Positions 13,736 through 26,800 of a stretch of DNA of 64,000 bases are shown here, piece after piece (within the stretch, counting starts at the first letter, position 1; each line of letters begins with the position of its first letter). A program made the translations under genes and the position numbers. The notes under the pieces were generated by a model. It made no database searches and was not told the origin of the DNA. It worked only from the letters and a program-made list of their open reading frames with translations. The DNA lies in assembly GCA_002633005.1 (NCBI GenBank), contig NMRA01000212.1, positions 485,312-549,311 of the forward strand, read 5' to 3'. This DNA comes from Phoronis australis (taxonomy: Eukaryota > Animalia > Phoronida).

Positions 13736-16700
13736 ATTGTTGAACACCACCTTCAATTTGTTTTTATGGCCTTATCTGATTAAGTGTAACAATCCTCACG
13801 CTTAACATTTGCACATGGGGCGAGACTAAAGTGGTACATGAATTCTCTTGTTCTCATGAGGAACGTGTTCGCCTTGATAATACCTGTTATATTGCACATA
13901 CTGTCCCATAGGTTGTCTATACATCTCCAGAATGGAGCCGTTAAACAACAATTTGAGTCTAAACACGATAAACTCACTCGTTTGATGCTTGAGCAAAACT
14001 TGCAAATTCTGAATGCGACAAACAACACCTCCAAACATTAGAGTCACTTGTAATCAAATTCAAGTCCCTTGTAATCAATCAACAGGACACTGGATTTTCA
14101 TGCGTTTTGTATCTGTTCAGTTGAGTGGTTACTGGTCTGACATAGTTGTTATTGTGTGTGTGTGTGTGATTGAGTCCTTATCTATATTGTTTTGCTGTGG
14201 TCACCCTTTTTGGATCTTCCTTCTTTGAAGTTGTCTCGTGAGAGTACCGGACAATTGCACTATATATTTTCTGGTTACATGACTTGAATATGAAGGCCGT
14301 AGTATTGACTTTTTGTCCTTCTCTCACTGCCATGAGCCGGAGTCATCTTTCACATAAACTGATGCCTGACAAAAAGATCAGCCTGCCGCCAATTAGAGCA
14401 TCTATGAAGGCCATTTAAATCAAACAAAAGGTTGTGTTCAACAAAACTTGTGTCAAAAAAAAAACTTGTTGCTGATATACTCTGATATTCCTGTGTAGGC
14501 AAACACAAACGTGTAGATTATAAGAACACTCAATGTAGAATACCTTTACATTCGTGTGCATTTGGTTTACTTGTATTTTAGAACAATTTCACTTAGACCT
14601 GTGAGTTGTTCACTCTGATAAACCTTTATCCAAAAATGTCTACATATAACTGATCAATAAGTTTTATAATCAAAAGCCATCTGTCCATTTCCTTGGTTAT
14701 TTAGGAACACAGAAAAATATGCCCAAATTTGGCTACCTTGGGAACATCACATTTCAGAAATGACTGATTGTATTCATGTGAAACTTTCAGATATTATGCT
14801 TAAGAACGCATTATTCTCCAAAGCTTTGTTAAAATTAATTTTAAAATGTATTACTTTTGCATAAGGGTTTATCAAAATATCAAAACTTAATTTCAGTTTT
14901 CATAGAAAGAACAACACTTACACAATTATCACGGTTTTCTACTCTTTTGCTAGAAGCTTGATCTGGTCATGAAATTATAGAAATATCACTTGTGCATATC
15001 TCCTACAGGAAATTACCTTCATTACTAATGGGTTTTTAAAAATTGTGAGAAAGCCACATGTGTAAGGGAGATAAGTGAACTGCCATGTTTGTGTCTTACA
15101 ACAACAGATAATACAAAACTGAAAAGAACAACAGAATGAGCAGCTGTTATTAACACCATTGTCTGGAATGGCCACTGAAGTGGAGAAAGTTTAAAGAGAC
15201 CAATCGAACCAAAATTCTTGTTGCTAATAAAACTTGCTTATTGAGTGTTGAGTTATCACTTTTGGCAATAAATTAAACGTCAAAATAGGTTGTTTTTTTT
15301 GTGATTTCATTATAAATAGCCAATACCCAATGAAAGCTTCCACTAAAAAATAACTGAAAATGAGGTCTTTGACGCAGCTGTTTCATTTCTGGCACCATGA
15401 AAATGGCTGACAACCACAAGCTAGCGTGAAAAAGGCAAATCCCCAGAGTGTATGTGAAAAAAGACAGAGCCCGAATCACATTAGATAAGTAACTTCTGTA
15501 GAATATGAATTAGGAATAAAACAGCGCTAGACTGCTGTGCAAGATGAGTTAAACATTACCTGACAGCCCCGTGAGTTAGTATTCCCTGCCTGATTTCCAG
15601 AAATAACTATTCAAATATATCCATGCTTAATTTTCATTGATTGATACTAAGCGACTAATTAACCTAAAATTGTTTTTGAAAAGCTCAGGTTTCCATTCTT
15701 TCCCTAATTAGCTAATTAAATCCCTTGCTGAGTCACAAAATGGTTGGAATGATCTCACCCAGTCGGTGGCATAAGTAGAAAACTAAATGGCCAAATCTGC
15801 ATTGAAATCTTGATAATTATGACTGCTATCCTTTGCATCTTTTGAAGTCACTATAACTGCATTTAGATGGAGCCACTAACAGCTGATCGGTTGCAAGTGT
15901 GTGTGTGAACATGAATGACACGGAGCAAGTGACACCACAGTGGTCATTTCTGACACCAGATTTGAGAGGTAGAGCGTGTTGCACTCAATCGCTTGCTCCA
16001 ATCCAGTTCCAACTACATGTCTAAACACAACTGGGGCAGAGTGGAAAGGAACTATCCTTCAATGAGCTTGCGCAATAACAAATATATGGGTGATCTGCTG
16101 GAATTCCATGTGGTTCGTACGTTCGTTATTGTTTATGCGAGGATGCGCAGACAGTCTTCGTGTAAGACTCACGCTAATTCAGTTTACGATCTAATGTCGC
16201 GCAAATGTGACAAAAAGTGGGGCAAGTCGCGCCGTGACAATGACACGGTGACAACTGTATCTCGTGTAAAAGTGGCTTGTTACCAGAGTATTGTGATGTT
16301 GGAAATCAAGCCTGAACACAATACGCCAGATAAAGTGAGCTTGAGAATAAGGCGGTATCTGAAGGTCACGGAATGGCTTATCAGGATGAGGGAGTGCACG
16401 CTCATTGGCCTCACAGATTTTTGAAAAATAAAACAAAAGAACAGCACAGACCAATGAAAGAGCAAACAACAGCTCAAGTGCTGACTGAGTTAAATCTATT
16501 TTGTTCAACTTCAAACATTTTATTAGAGTATTGTCGAAGAAGCAATGTAAAGGGAGAAATTTAACGGCTTCATATCCAGTTTTTATAATTTTTAAATTTT
16601 TTATTTGCTTCAGAAAAGATAATATAAAAGCAAATTGCACTCATCAAAGTGATTCCCACAAGTACTTTTATGTAAAATTTTCGAGAGTCTTTGAGGGCAC

Positions 16701-18451
16701 TATTGGGAGACACTTTTTCCGACATTTCTAGAGTTTTTCTATTTCGATCATGTTGTTGNAAGTGATCAGAAGAAATATATGGTGTTGGACTTTCTTTAAT
16801 GGACAGACAACTAGTGGCATATATGCTGATGAAACGCAAAAGGTGCCATAAACTTTCCGACAGTCCGGAATGCCAAAACCAGGTGGTGGGACAAAACTTT
16901 CGTTGGCTAGGGCAACTCTAGTGGTGACTGTGGATTGGCAAAACTGAAGATACACTGGCTAAAGAAAGAATGGGAACTTCTACATTTATGTGAACGTTCT
17001 ACTCTTATGTCCACCTTTTAATTTTGAATCAGGAGCATGCACTTACGTGTACCACCAAGGACCAAATGTAGCAAGGTATTAGCAAAGTCAAATACAACAT
17101 ACCGATATGTCGACAAAATATCAAATAAAGCTATCAATTCAGAAAGACAATTAAAAAATAGATAAAACACTTAGTTTAAAACATGCACATATACATTACT
17201 TAGACACTGCAAGCTGCAGCAAACGGAGCATGCACCTACCTGTTAAACGCTCAAACAAAACTATGCTAATCCTTTGAAAAAAACATTGAATCGTAAAAAT
17301 GTGGCCTTTAACTGAATAATTAATGTTACACATACATATGTCACTGATCACCCACAATTATACTCAGAAATAGCACAACATAAATCAATAACGCTGACTG
17401 TTTTGTTTCCAAAAGCCAATCTGAAGCTGGCTGAAAAGAGCCGGTGTTGGGGTCAGGGATCCATACATTCTATGGCATATGCAGCATGATATCTCTTTAC
17501 ATGTTGTACCTTCAGAGTTCAAAGTTCAACGTTATTTTGTGGCAACGTCACAATATTACTGTGACGGCCTCAAAGTCAAGTAATAGCTAAGCTTATCTAG
17601 GTACCCACAACAGTGTTGGAACCAGAAAAACAAGTTTTGTCTTCCAAACTGCATTTTTTCGTTTTATGTTCAGACACTACTTACATGGTTGCAAAATTTA
17701 CTACTGCATGGGTTACCTGGTCAAGCATCCTGCATTTACTTTCACATATCTTACTTTTGCTGAGGCCAGTACTATCAACTAGTTGCTAGCAGTGCACTCA
17801 GAAAGCTTTGCTTGTTTGCAAACAGTCGAGTCTTGTACTGAGGCGAAATGAATGGTTTGTCAACATTCGGGTGTGCCCGCGTAACATCATGCAGAAAGAA
17901 AAAGGTAACGAAAAGTGCAGAGATTTTCTTGTGAAAAACACCGGCGATAATTGCTATGAAGCCGAGTAACAAGTTTGGCAGCCATAGGCCCGAATTGAAG
18001 TATATACCGGATGGATGCTGGAGGGAGTGAAATTAAGAGGACGAAATGATGTCACCAAGACTAAAGGCCAGTACGAAACTGGCCAGCCTCCCTCCGCGTC
18101 CGAGAAAAAACGACCCACCAGAAAAAAAACACTTCGAATCTAAATAAAGGCATGGTGCACAAAGGCGGTGCCAAAATGGGCGCAACAAAGGTCTGTAGTG
18201 GAACAGGAGAGATGGAGCTCCTATTAACTTTCCCTTTTATATTATAGATTATTTTGGCCAGTGTTTTATTGCCATGAATTAGTTATCACCATAATGAAGT
18301 AATTGTTACACCACACAATCAACAGGACCTTAGATCAAATTTCCTGATGAACACGCCTCATAACAACAGTGGGAATCTATTTACCAAGTACAAGGTGTTG
18401 TGAAACAGGCCTGAGTTTGTAATATTAAGATCTGCCACCCCAAAGCCTTTA

Positions 18452-19900
18452 GTTAGTGCAAAGCTGTATAAATACACAGCTTTGCACCGATGTGGGTAAA
18501 AAACTGACAACATAAAATCTGACACAAAATTATTGTCATTAAAAACTACTCTCCTGAGTTAACTAAATTTTTACCAGTGTTAGAAAAATTGGCGTTCTAC
18601 CGTTATTCTGCTGCTAAAATTGTGGAGCAATCTTATTCTTCAGCTTTTGGCACCACAAAATCTAGTATCACCTGTTGGCCATTTTTTGCTGATTCTTCAA
18701 TCAACTGTTCTTTTTCCACGAGGTTGTGTACATTTCACGACAAATTATCGCAATTGATTTCGTTTCGTTTCAAGTTTTCAGTATTTTTATGCCAGCAAAC
18801 TGAATTTCAGAAAAATTAGCTAATCTGAAGCAGCCATCATCTCCCGCGATGTTGCAAAAAAATTTAGGAAATGGCGCATGCTCACATGTCACGAGCATAG
18901 AACTTTCAAAACGAAGATAGACTTTTCTTGTTGCAAAAAGAGAAAATTATGCAAGAAAATGACATTGATTATATTGTTTTTCACATAAACGGCTGTAACT
19001 GGTAAGGTGAGTGTCAATTAGCAACCAGGTTTTGCAAACAACCTCACCCATAGTTAGCTCTGCACGTTGATATAAATTTCACAATGAAGTGACAAGCTAA
19101 CTACCCGGGAGGTGTGAAATTTCGCAATCTATTGGAGTTAACACACTGTGGTTCCTAGCTGTTTTTAGCTTGCTGGCTGGCTAGCCACCGCAATCTATTG
19201 GCGTTAACACACAGTGGTTCCTAGCTGTTTTTAGCTTGCTGGCTGGCAGTAGCCGCCGTATAACACTGCCCCGAAGCTATTACATCGTCTGTGGACACCT
19301 GCAGCATCCATAAGCGATAGCACATCCCTATCAAAAGTTACTCATATCAAAATACATATACATATACCATGACAAATTAGTCAGCATAATTTGGACCTGT
19401 CCATGAATATCTGTCAAATTTCACTCAAGCTACCTTCGCCGGATGCTATGTTTGAGGGAGATATATGAAATCATGCCATTTCACACACAAAAATTTCAAG
19501 GGACATAAATCTGCTACGTTCCTCAGGATATCCTTCTATGCTATCCACCTCCCGGTCAAGCGCTGCGCTTAGTATCTTGTTTTGACCTACCTTGCATAAT
19601 GTCAATTGAACTACTTTATGATTATCGCACGCAGTGAAAAAGTTAACGGCAGTCAAAAAGTGAAGTTGGAATTTTCACCAAAGTCATTTCAAGTCCCGTA
19701 AACATGGATGGTTCATCGAGAATATGCATGGAACCAGAAAGGATCGCTTTTATAAGTGACAATAAGTGTACAATGCTATTATGACCAGGTGAAAACCTTT
19801 TATTCGGAAACCGAATCTGAACTACCGCCCATTTAAAATACAAAGAGATGAAATTAGTAAAAAAAAGTGTTGTAGCTTCGCTAGCCAGCCAAGGCCTTGG
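18452..19900 (+). mobile_element. ~1.4 kb interspersed element (family A) with a terminal hairpin
   Basis: Begins with hairpin GTGCAAAGCTGT-N8-ACAGCTTTGCAC. Colinear with copies at 41955-43325, 43540-44755 (reverse) and 44805-46410. Internal ~66 bp tandem duplication at 19124-19255. Confidence 0.8.
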
Positions 19901-20026
19901 CAAGGGGCTACTTCTTGCCTACCCCGCCCCCTTCTTTGTACTACTACTACAGTGCCGTTACAATTAAAGTGTTGATAAATGCAATGTTTATATTACAGAG
20001 GGAACAGGTATGTTACCTATACCTAC

Positions 20027-20250
20027 CTTTCCAGGCTGGCAGACTCGCGATACGTTCGACCAGAAATGAGACAATGCCAATGACAGTGAATAATTCTGAC
20101 AGTGTCAGTGATACTCAGTGACTCAGACACTGTAACTGTAAGACTGATCTTGGACAGTTGGCATTTTGGGTCGGATCTTGAGGCAAGGTGGGCTCTGATT
20201 CACCTCTATCCACGACTATACAATTGTTCACAAAAGCATAATTGTATGCT
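20027..20250 (-). other. FUT8: Probable non-coding first exon of FUT8
   Basis: The ATG exon has an acceptor (ctttgtag) just upstream of 9955, so an upstream exon is needed. A strong minus-strand donor AAG|GTAGGT lies at 20027/20026 next to the CpG-rich promoter. The 5' end is approximate. Confidence 0.5.
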
Positions 20251-20807
20251 TTCTTTAACGCGCCGCTTCTGTGAGTTGATACTTTTACATGCCGACGCGC
20301 CGCAAGGAGATCTTCCGGTAATAAACCGGAAATACTATAGTAAACTTGTCCTCACCGAAATTCGAAACAGAAAGAAACGCAACACTTTTAACACAACTGG
20401 CACCAAAATTTAAATAAATTATAACAGACTTACGCTCTATTCATAATGGCAGTTCAACACTCAAAGAACAACGAAGAGAAAATCAAATCGTGATCAATAT
20501 CTACTGCAAAACCCCTCGATGATCGATTACTTCACATGTAAGCGGTCAAGCACTGCAGGTTAAAGGTCACAGTAATAAAGTCCCTTCTGTGCTTGTGTCT
20601 TGTTAATCAACTTTAGAATCACACTAAACAATAAAAACACCTTTAAAGTCATCATAAAATTAACGAGTAAAGGATATGCATTGCATAGCAGCATTATTGG
20701 ACAGAATTTGTGTGATTATTTTCCGTACTTGCGCGACATTCCACGTGTGATACGCGTGGCGTTGTTTGGTCGCCATTTTGGGGATCACCTCGCAAAGTCG
20801 ATGCAGA
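20250..20807. promoter_or_regulatory. Bidirectional promoter FUT8 / Max
   Basis: CpG-enriched interval between divergent genes. Inverted ETS-like pair CTTCCGGT (20312) and ACCGGAAA (20325), E-box CACGTG 20742-20747, CACGCG (minus) 20753-20758, YY1-like CGCCATTTTG 20771-20780. Confidence 0.65.
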
Positions 20808-23800
20808 ATGAGCGACGATGATCGAGATATTGATGTGGAAAGTGACGTGAGTGTAATTCCTTTATCAGTGTTTATGTCTCATTTCGGAACTGTGAAAGAA
20901 TTTGTTACAAGATTATCTTTGTTTGTTTCAGGAAGAAGACGATGAAACCTCGCCCAGTCTAGCAAATGACGGGACACAGTTTATGACTCAGGTAAAAAAC
21001 CAGCCTCCCGTTCAGTAACCCTAGGACCTAGCTTAAAAGCAAGACTTTGCGAGATTACGCGAAATATTGCCGTGTATTTTAAATAAGAGCACGTGACCTT
21101 GACTAGCTTTTGGCTAGGTCCTAGCGTAGGTCCTAGCGTCTACTGAACGCGCGCCTGGATTGCGCCACAGGCGTCCTCAGCTTCTGACCGTCCCCAATAC
21201 ATTATGTTATAGAATACTACAAGGTATGACACTCCGGACTAGAAATTCCACAGGTGCTTCACATCAGCCGTCCATAGCAAACACAAAACTCAATAAATTT
21301 ACACAAAATGGGTTCAACAAACCATGAGGGATTGTTTTTTTTTGTCCCAATACCATTTACGATGTCGCGCTCTACCGAGTTCGCAACAAATTCGCGGTCA
21401 AAGCACAAAAATCTTCCCAAAAAGTCCTGCGTACTATCAATATGCTACACGGAAATTGCCACACACTGAGCCAGACCCTTTTGTAACCTTCCGTGATGAA
21501 CTGGCAATTGTCGTCCATTCGTAACTTATTATTCCGTACCCTATTTGACTCGTGCGCGTGAAGCATATTGATAGTACGCAGGACTTTCTGGGAAGATTTT
21601 TGTGCTTTGATCGCGAATTTGTTGCAAACTCAGAAGAGCAGGACATCGTTAATGGTATTGCGGGAAAGAACAATTCCTCATGGTTTGTTGAACCCCTGTT
21701 TTTTGTAGATTTATTGAGTTTTGTGCTTGCTATGGATGGCTGAAGTGAAGCACCCTTGGAATTTCTATTCCAGAGTGTCATACCTTGTAGTATTTTATAT
21801 AGTGTGTTGGGGACGACCAGAAGCTGAGGACGCCTGTGAGTTGCGCACCTCCTGACCTACAATTACTGATGGTACTGTATTGCCTGGGTGATGCGCTATC
21901 TTGGCTGTGTGTGTTTGGTAAAGTGGTATTTTGGGCTGAACTTGTTTTTGGAAATGTACTGAAAACCAAAAATTCTAACAAAATCAAACTTGCTTGTACA
22001 CCAGCTAGCCAATACCCAGTGCAGTATCCAGTACGTACAACAGCTGAAACAGAATAAAAACAGTGAAAATCCATCAAAAAATTTTCCACGGATTTTGAGA
22101 AATAGCTACAAGTTGTAAGAAATTACCGGTGTAGGGTAATAGTCACTGAAAGGGTCCCTCACAGATTCCCTCTTCAAAATTCCTAGCTCTATTAAAAGGG
22201 TACTGAACCTTGTTTTGATGATTTTAGGCTATCCTCGTTTATCCACAGGCATCCTCAGCTTCTCATCGTCCTCATTACACTATATATGTATGCTACAAGG
22301 TATGACACTCCGAACTACAAATTCCACGGGTACTTCACTTCAGCCGTCCACAGCAAACACAAAACTCAATGAATTTACACAAAACAAGGGTTCAACAAAC
22401 CATGAGCAATTGTCCTTTCCCCCAATACTGTTTACGGTGTCCTGCTCCACTGAGTTCACAACAAATTTTCGGTCAAAGCACAAAAATCTTCCCAAAAAGT
22501 TGCTGCGTACTGTCATACCTTGTAGTGTATTGGGAACTATCAGACGCTGAGGACGCCTTTGGTTCTATCATCTGCTAATGCATCATTGGCACGAATCGTG
22601 AAAGATAAAAGTAGGAATCAACGGAAAAAATACTCCCTATGTTACAGATTGGGTATTTTGGTTCTTGGTGTGTGTTCTTTCTCTACAGTTGCATGGCAAT
22701 TCAATAAATGCGTAGGTCACGCTTGCCCGTTTAGCAGACTTCGAAAGGAGTTTTCAAATATTCCTCAAAATGTTTGAGGGTTGTCGAGGGTTACAGAGCA
22801 TTATTTTGTTTCAAGGAATTGGATGGGAATGTTGTTTTTAATATCTGTTCATAGGACAAAACCACGTTTGGTATCGTTTTAATGAATGACTACCACACTA
22901 TATTCAAATTTTTTTGGCTAGGTGTTCAACAACCAAGTTCACCCTGTTGCAATCTCAAGTGCTTTCTTGGGGACGAAATATGTCTGTCGGAATATGAGTT
23001 AAAATATGTCCACGAGAACACAGTTTTTCTCGAGGACAAAATCCATTATCTAGCAGTGTTCTCCACACCTTGATAACCAAATGGAAGCCATTAAAACGTG
23101 TGAGAGTCATTCAGAATTATTGCAAGTGCTGGCAAACAGCGAGACGTTGAACCTGGCTGTGGAGAGTACTGGTGTACCCTCATGGTTGTTATGAATCGTG
23201 CATCCTGTGTTCTCTTCACATGACCATCACAAAATTTCCAAATTCCAAATTACAGAAACCTCATTCTATAACGCCTCTTAAAATGCCATTTATGTGTTGT
23301 CCTTTGACCTCATGTTGTTAGTTCCATTCAATTGTCTGAGCCAGTTGCAGACATTTAGGAAATTCCCACTGCCAAAACCTGTGTGCGAAGGTGTTGTTTA
23401 CATGCTGACCTAATTTTGTCAGCTCATGAAAAAAAATGTCACCACCTGGTTGGAATTTGTTTTCAAAAATACCGCATTGTTCAAAAATATTGCAAGAGAA
23501 ATTACACAAATATATTCATTTCACGGTAAAAAGCAGATGCTCTATTTTTTTGCTTCATTGAGCATTGCAGCTGCGATAGGAAACATTTTGCTTTGTGAAA
23601 TTGAGGCCAAAATTGTGTCTACAAAGTTTCAGTGCACAAATACCACCATTGAAGTTTAAAACATAAATGGTTTACGTGTTCACAAACTTCCGGGGGGAGG
23701 AGTGGAGAGAGAAAAGTGGATGAGAATGGTGATAACCGTAACGATCGGTCACTGATGCGTTTTACATTTCAGGCCGAGAAGCGTGCGCATCACAACGCCC

Positions 23801-26800
23801 TTGAGCGGAAGCGCAGGGACCACATCAAAGAAAGTTTCAGCGGCCTTCGAGATTCCATTCCATCAATGCACGGGGAAAAGGTACTTTTTCCAGCCCCATA
23901 AATTAGTCATAAGTAAATATATACAATGTGTATTTGGTAGTGACCCCCCTGGTTTGTGGATAGCATTTGTTGGCTGATTGGACATGATTTGTGAGTTCAT
24001 ACCAAAAATTTCGGTTTAAAATCCATGAGGTCACAAACAAAATAACACTTTTTCAGAGAAAAAATTATTTACAGGTCGTTTCTAAATTGAAGTCCATAGG
24101 CTTATTGTTGCATATAAAGACACCATCTTTGAGTATAAGGCCAGTCGCCATTTAGCCATAACCATAACAATAAGTACTATTAAAGTCATAACATATTTTT
24201 GGCTAAGAACTTTTATATGAAAGTCATTCGTATATAAGAGTATATAACCAGACATAGGTTAAAAATGTCAGACAAGTAAAACGATGCATTTCATAGAGGG
24301 TATACTTGAATGTGGGCCCATGGACTTGCATGCAGGAATATAAGGTATTGCTGCCATTCTTCCTATGTGAGTGGGACCTTAAATCTTCTGATGTTCATGC
24401 CATTTAACAGAGATGTCAATGAGAACACAACTGATGGAAGTGCTGGTATAGATCAGACTATTGCGGTGGCACCTTGTATGCACCAACAAAAATTCCGTGG
24501 TCCCATATAGTCAGCACCATCTATCTGCTGTCTGTTGTTACCACTGCTTGTCTATCTACAATTTTCAGAAGTAACTTGACCGTTGTGAAGTTTGTCATAG
24601 AACTTAATGGCAGAGCAGCAGTTTAGACTACCGTGACACTGCCAGTTGGTTGTTTTAGTTTTCAACATGGAATTCTTTGTCATTTTTTTTGGCTAAGTGA
24701 CAGGACAAATTTTGCCGAATATTAACACAGAATTATGTCGTGGAAGCGTGCTGCCACCAGTCGCTTTTCAAAAAGGAGTCGATTACCATAGCACCTGTTT
24801 GCAGTTTTAGTTTTCGACAAGATTGTCATTCGTCATTTATTGTCATAAGGGCTTCACAGATTTTGATGAAACTTGGCACAAAGGTTTATGGCTGAGATGT
24901 GCACACACCAATTGATTATCAGGTATTATTGCACCCACGGTTTAGTTTTTTTTTTTTACGAGATATTGCTTGTCTGTTGATTATTGTCAAAATGCCTCGA
25001 CAGATTTCTTGATGAACCTCAACAGAGTTGTGTATACCATTTGCAATACATTGCTGCTGTAAATTTTTGCACTTAATTGATATATCTATCATCTGGCTCG
25101 TTAGATCTTCATAAAATTTGTTTGTTTACGTAATCATCAGGGCGAGCATGGTGCCTGCTCAGTTGGAATGAATTTTACTTGTATTTGCAGTCTCCCTTGT
25201 GCCGATTTTACCCTGTGAAAGATATACATGAAACTTGACAACAATGTTCTCATTAAGTAGAGGACAGCAGCTGCGCCTCATGGGCGCAATTTTTTGTGTC
25301 CACCTCTATCAACTTTCTATTCTTAGCTTGAAACTGAAACGAATTTACTGATTGAAGGTATCACGAGCTCAAGTGCTGAAAAAAGCTACTGATTATATAC
25401 AGCACATGCGACGGAAAAACAACACACATCACCAAGATATAGAAGATCTTCGGAGGCAGAACGAGATGTTAGATCAACAAGGTATGCATACACTGTTGTA
25501 GACTAAATTGTAGTCAAGGCTGCGTTTGGTAGACCCGAGACCTTGCAACAAGAAATTTTCACTAATGGGACAAAAAATATTCCACAACTCGATACTCCAA
25601 CCTCATTGACCAATATGGCTGCCATTTTGGTAGGTTATACTACTGAGATCTAGACCATACCTGTGAAACACTTAACTTTCATCTTCATGATTTTGAGTGG
25701 TCACGCTTTTCTTACAAGGAACTTGGTCTATGGGACGCTCTCCAGGACCCATCATTAAAATTTTAACCCACGTGCCAGTCAGACAACTTTCCCCCCACCT
25801 TCTGGCATCATTTGCTATTTTAGCATTTTTTCTTGGAACCAAAATTGGTCTATCTTGCCCAACACTGTTCCCAAATATGCATCTTTGGCCCCCGAGAACA
25901 AATGTTAAAAGCTTTTATAAACCCGTGTTTTGTTGTTAAAAGCATTTTCTTCACAAGTGCATTTGCTGTTCTGAAGCAGTGTACTCTAGATCATCTATCT
26001 TTTCTTTTCGTAGTGTTTATTTCGTAAAATACAATATGCAATAATAAGAGTTTGCCAAACACAACCTAGTCTCATTGGCAAGCTGTTGGTCACCAATTTG
26101 GTCACTGTGTTAGCTGAATGTAAGTAGAATTCACCCTCAAGGTAGCTGGAATGGCCATGCACGAGGCTGCATTACCCGTCTTGATGGTGGAATCATAATT
26201 TTCTCCAATCACTTTTCGTGTGTGTGCCATAGGAACACACGTTAAAATATTACTTCTGGTGAGAATTTTACCTGGAAAACTCAGTGGTCAGAATGCCCAG
26301 CTAGAATTCAGGAGATCCTGTATTGGATTGGTAGGTCATGAAAGGCGAATAAACCCCCTGTAATGGGTGAAAAACTACAATGCTTTTCAGATGAAATTTT
26401 CGTCAATGGATACTTTTGGTCTGTAAAGAAATTGTCCTTCAGGTGATGTTTATTGTTCTGCCTTAACTTTTGATTTAGGAAACTTACTGTGATAAAAGTG
26501 GTCTCAACATGTTCCTTACTCATTTTAGAGGGGTCTTTTTTTCTAAATTTGAAACTAAAAGATAAATGCTTTGGCATCAACAGAGATTCAAAATCTTTGC
26601 GGACAAACAGTAAGAATACCTGGTGAACAGGTTCAGTGACGAGCAGTTGACAGATCCATGTTTTTCTTCTAAATTTGAAACTAAAAAACTAAAAGAAAAA
26701 TGCTTTGACATCAACAGAGATTTAAAACCTGCAGGCATACAGTAAAATACTTGGTGGACAGGTTCAATTCCATTTCAGTTGCAGATAACCACTTTGAGTA

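Noticed and set aside
15993-16640. Overlapping 143-aa and 149-aa ORFs in FUT8 intron 1
   Set aside because: No recognisable domain, no ATG-anchored or splice-supported structure. Probably repeat-derived CpG-rich sequence.
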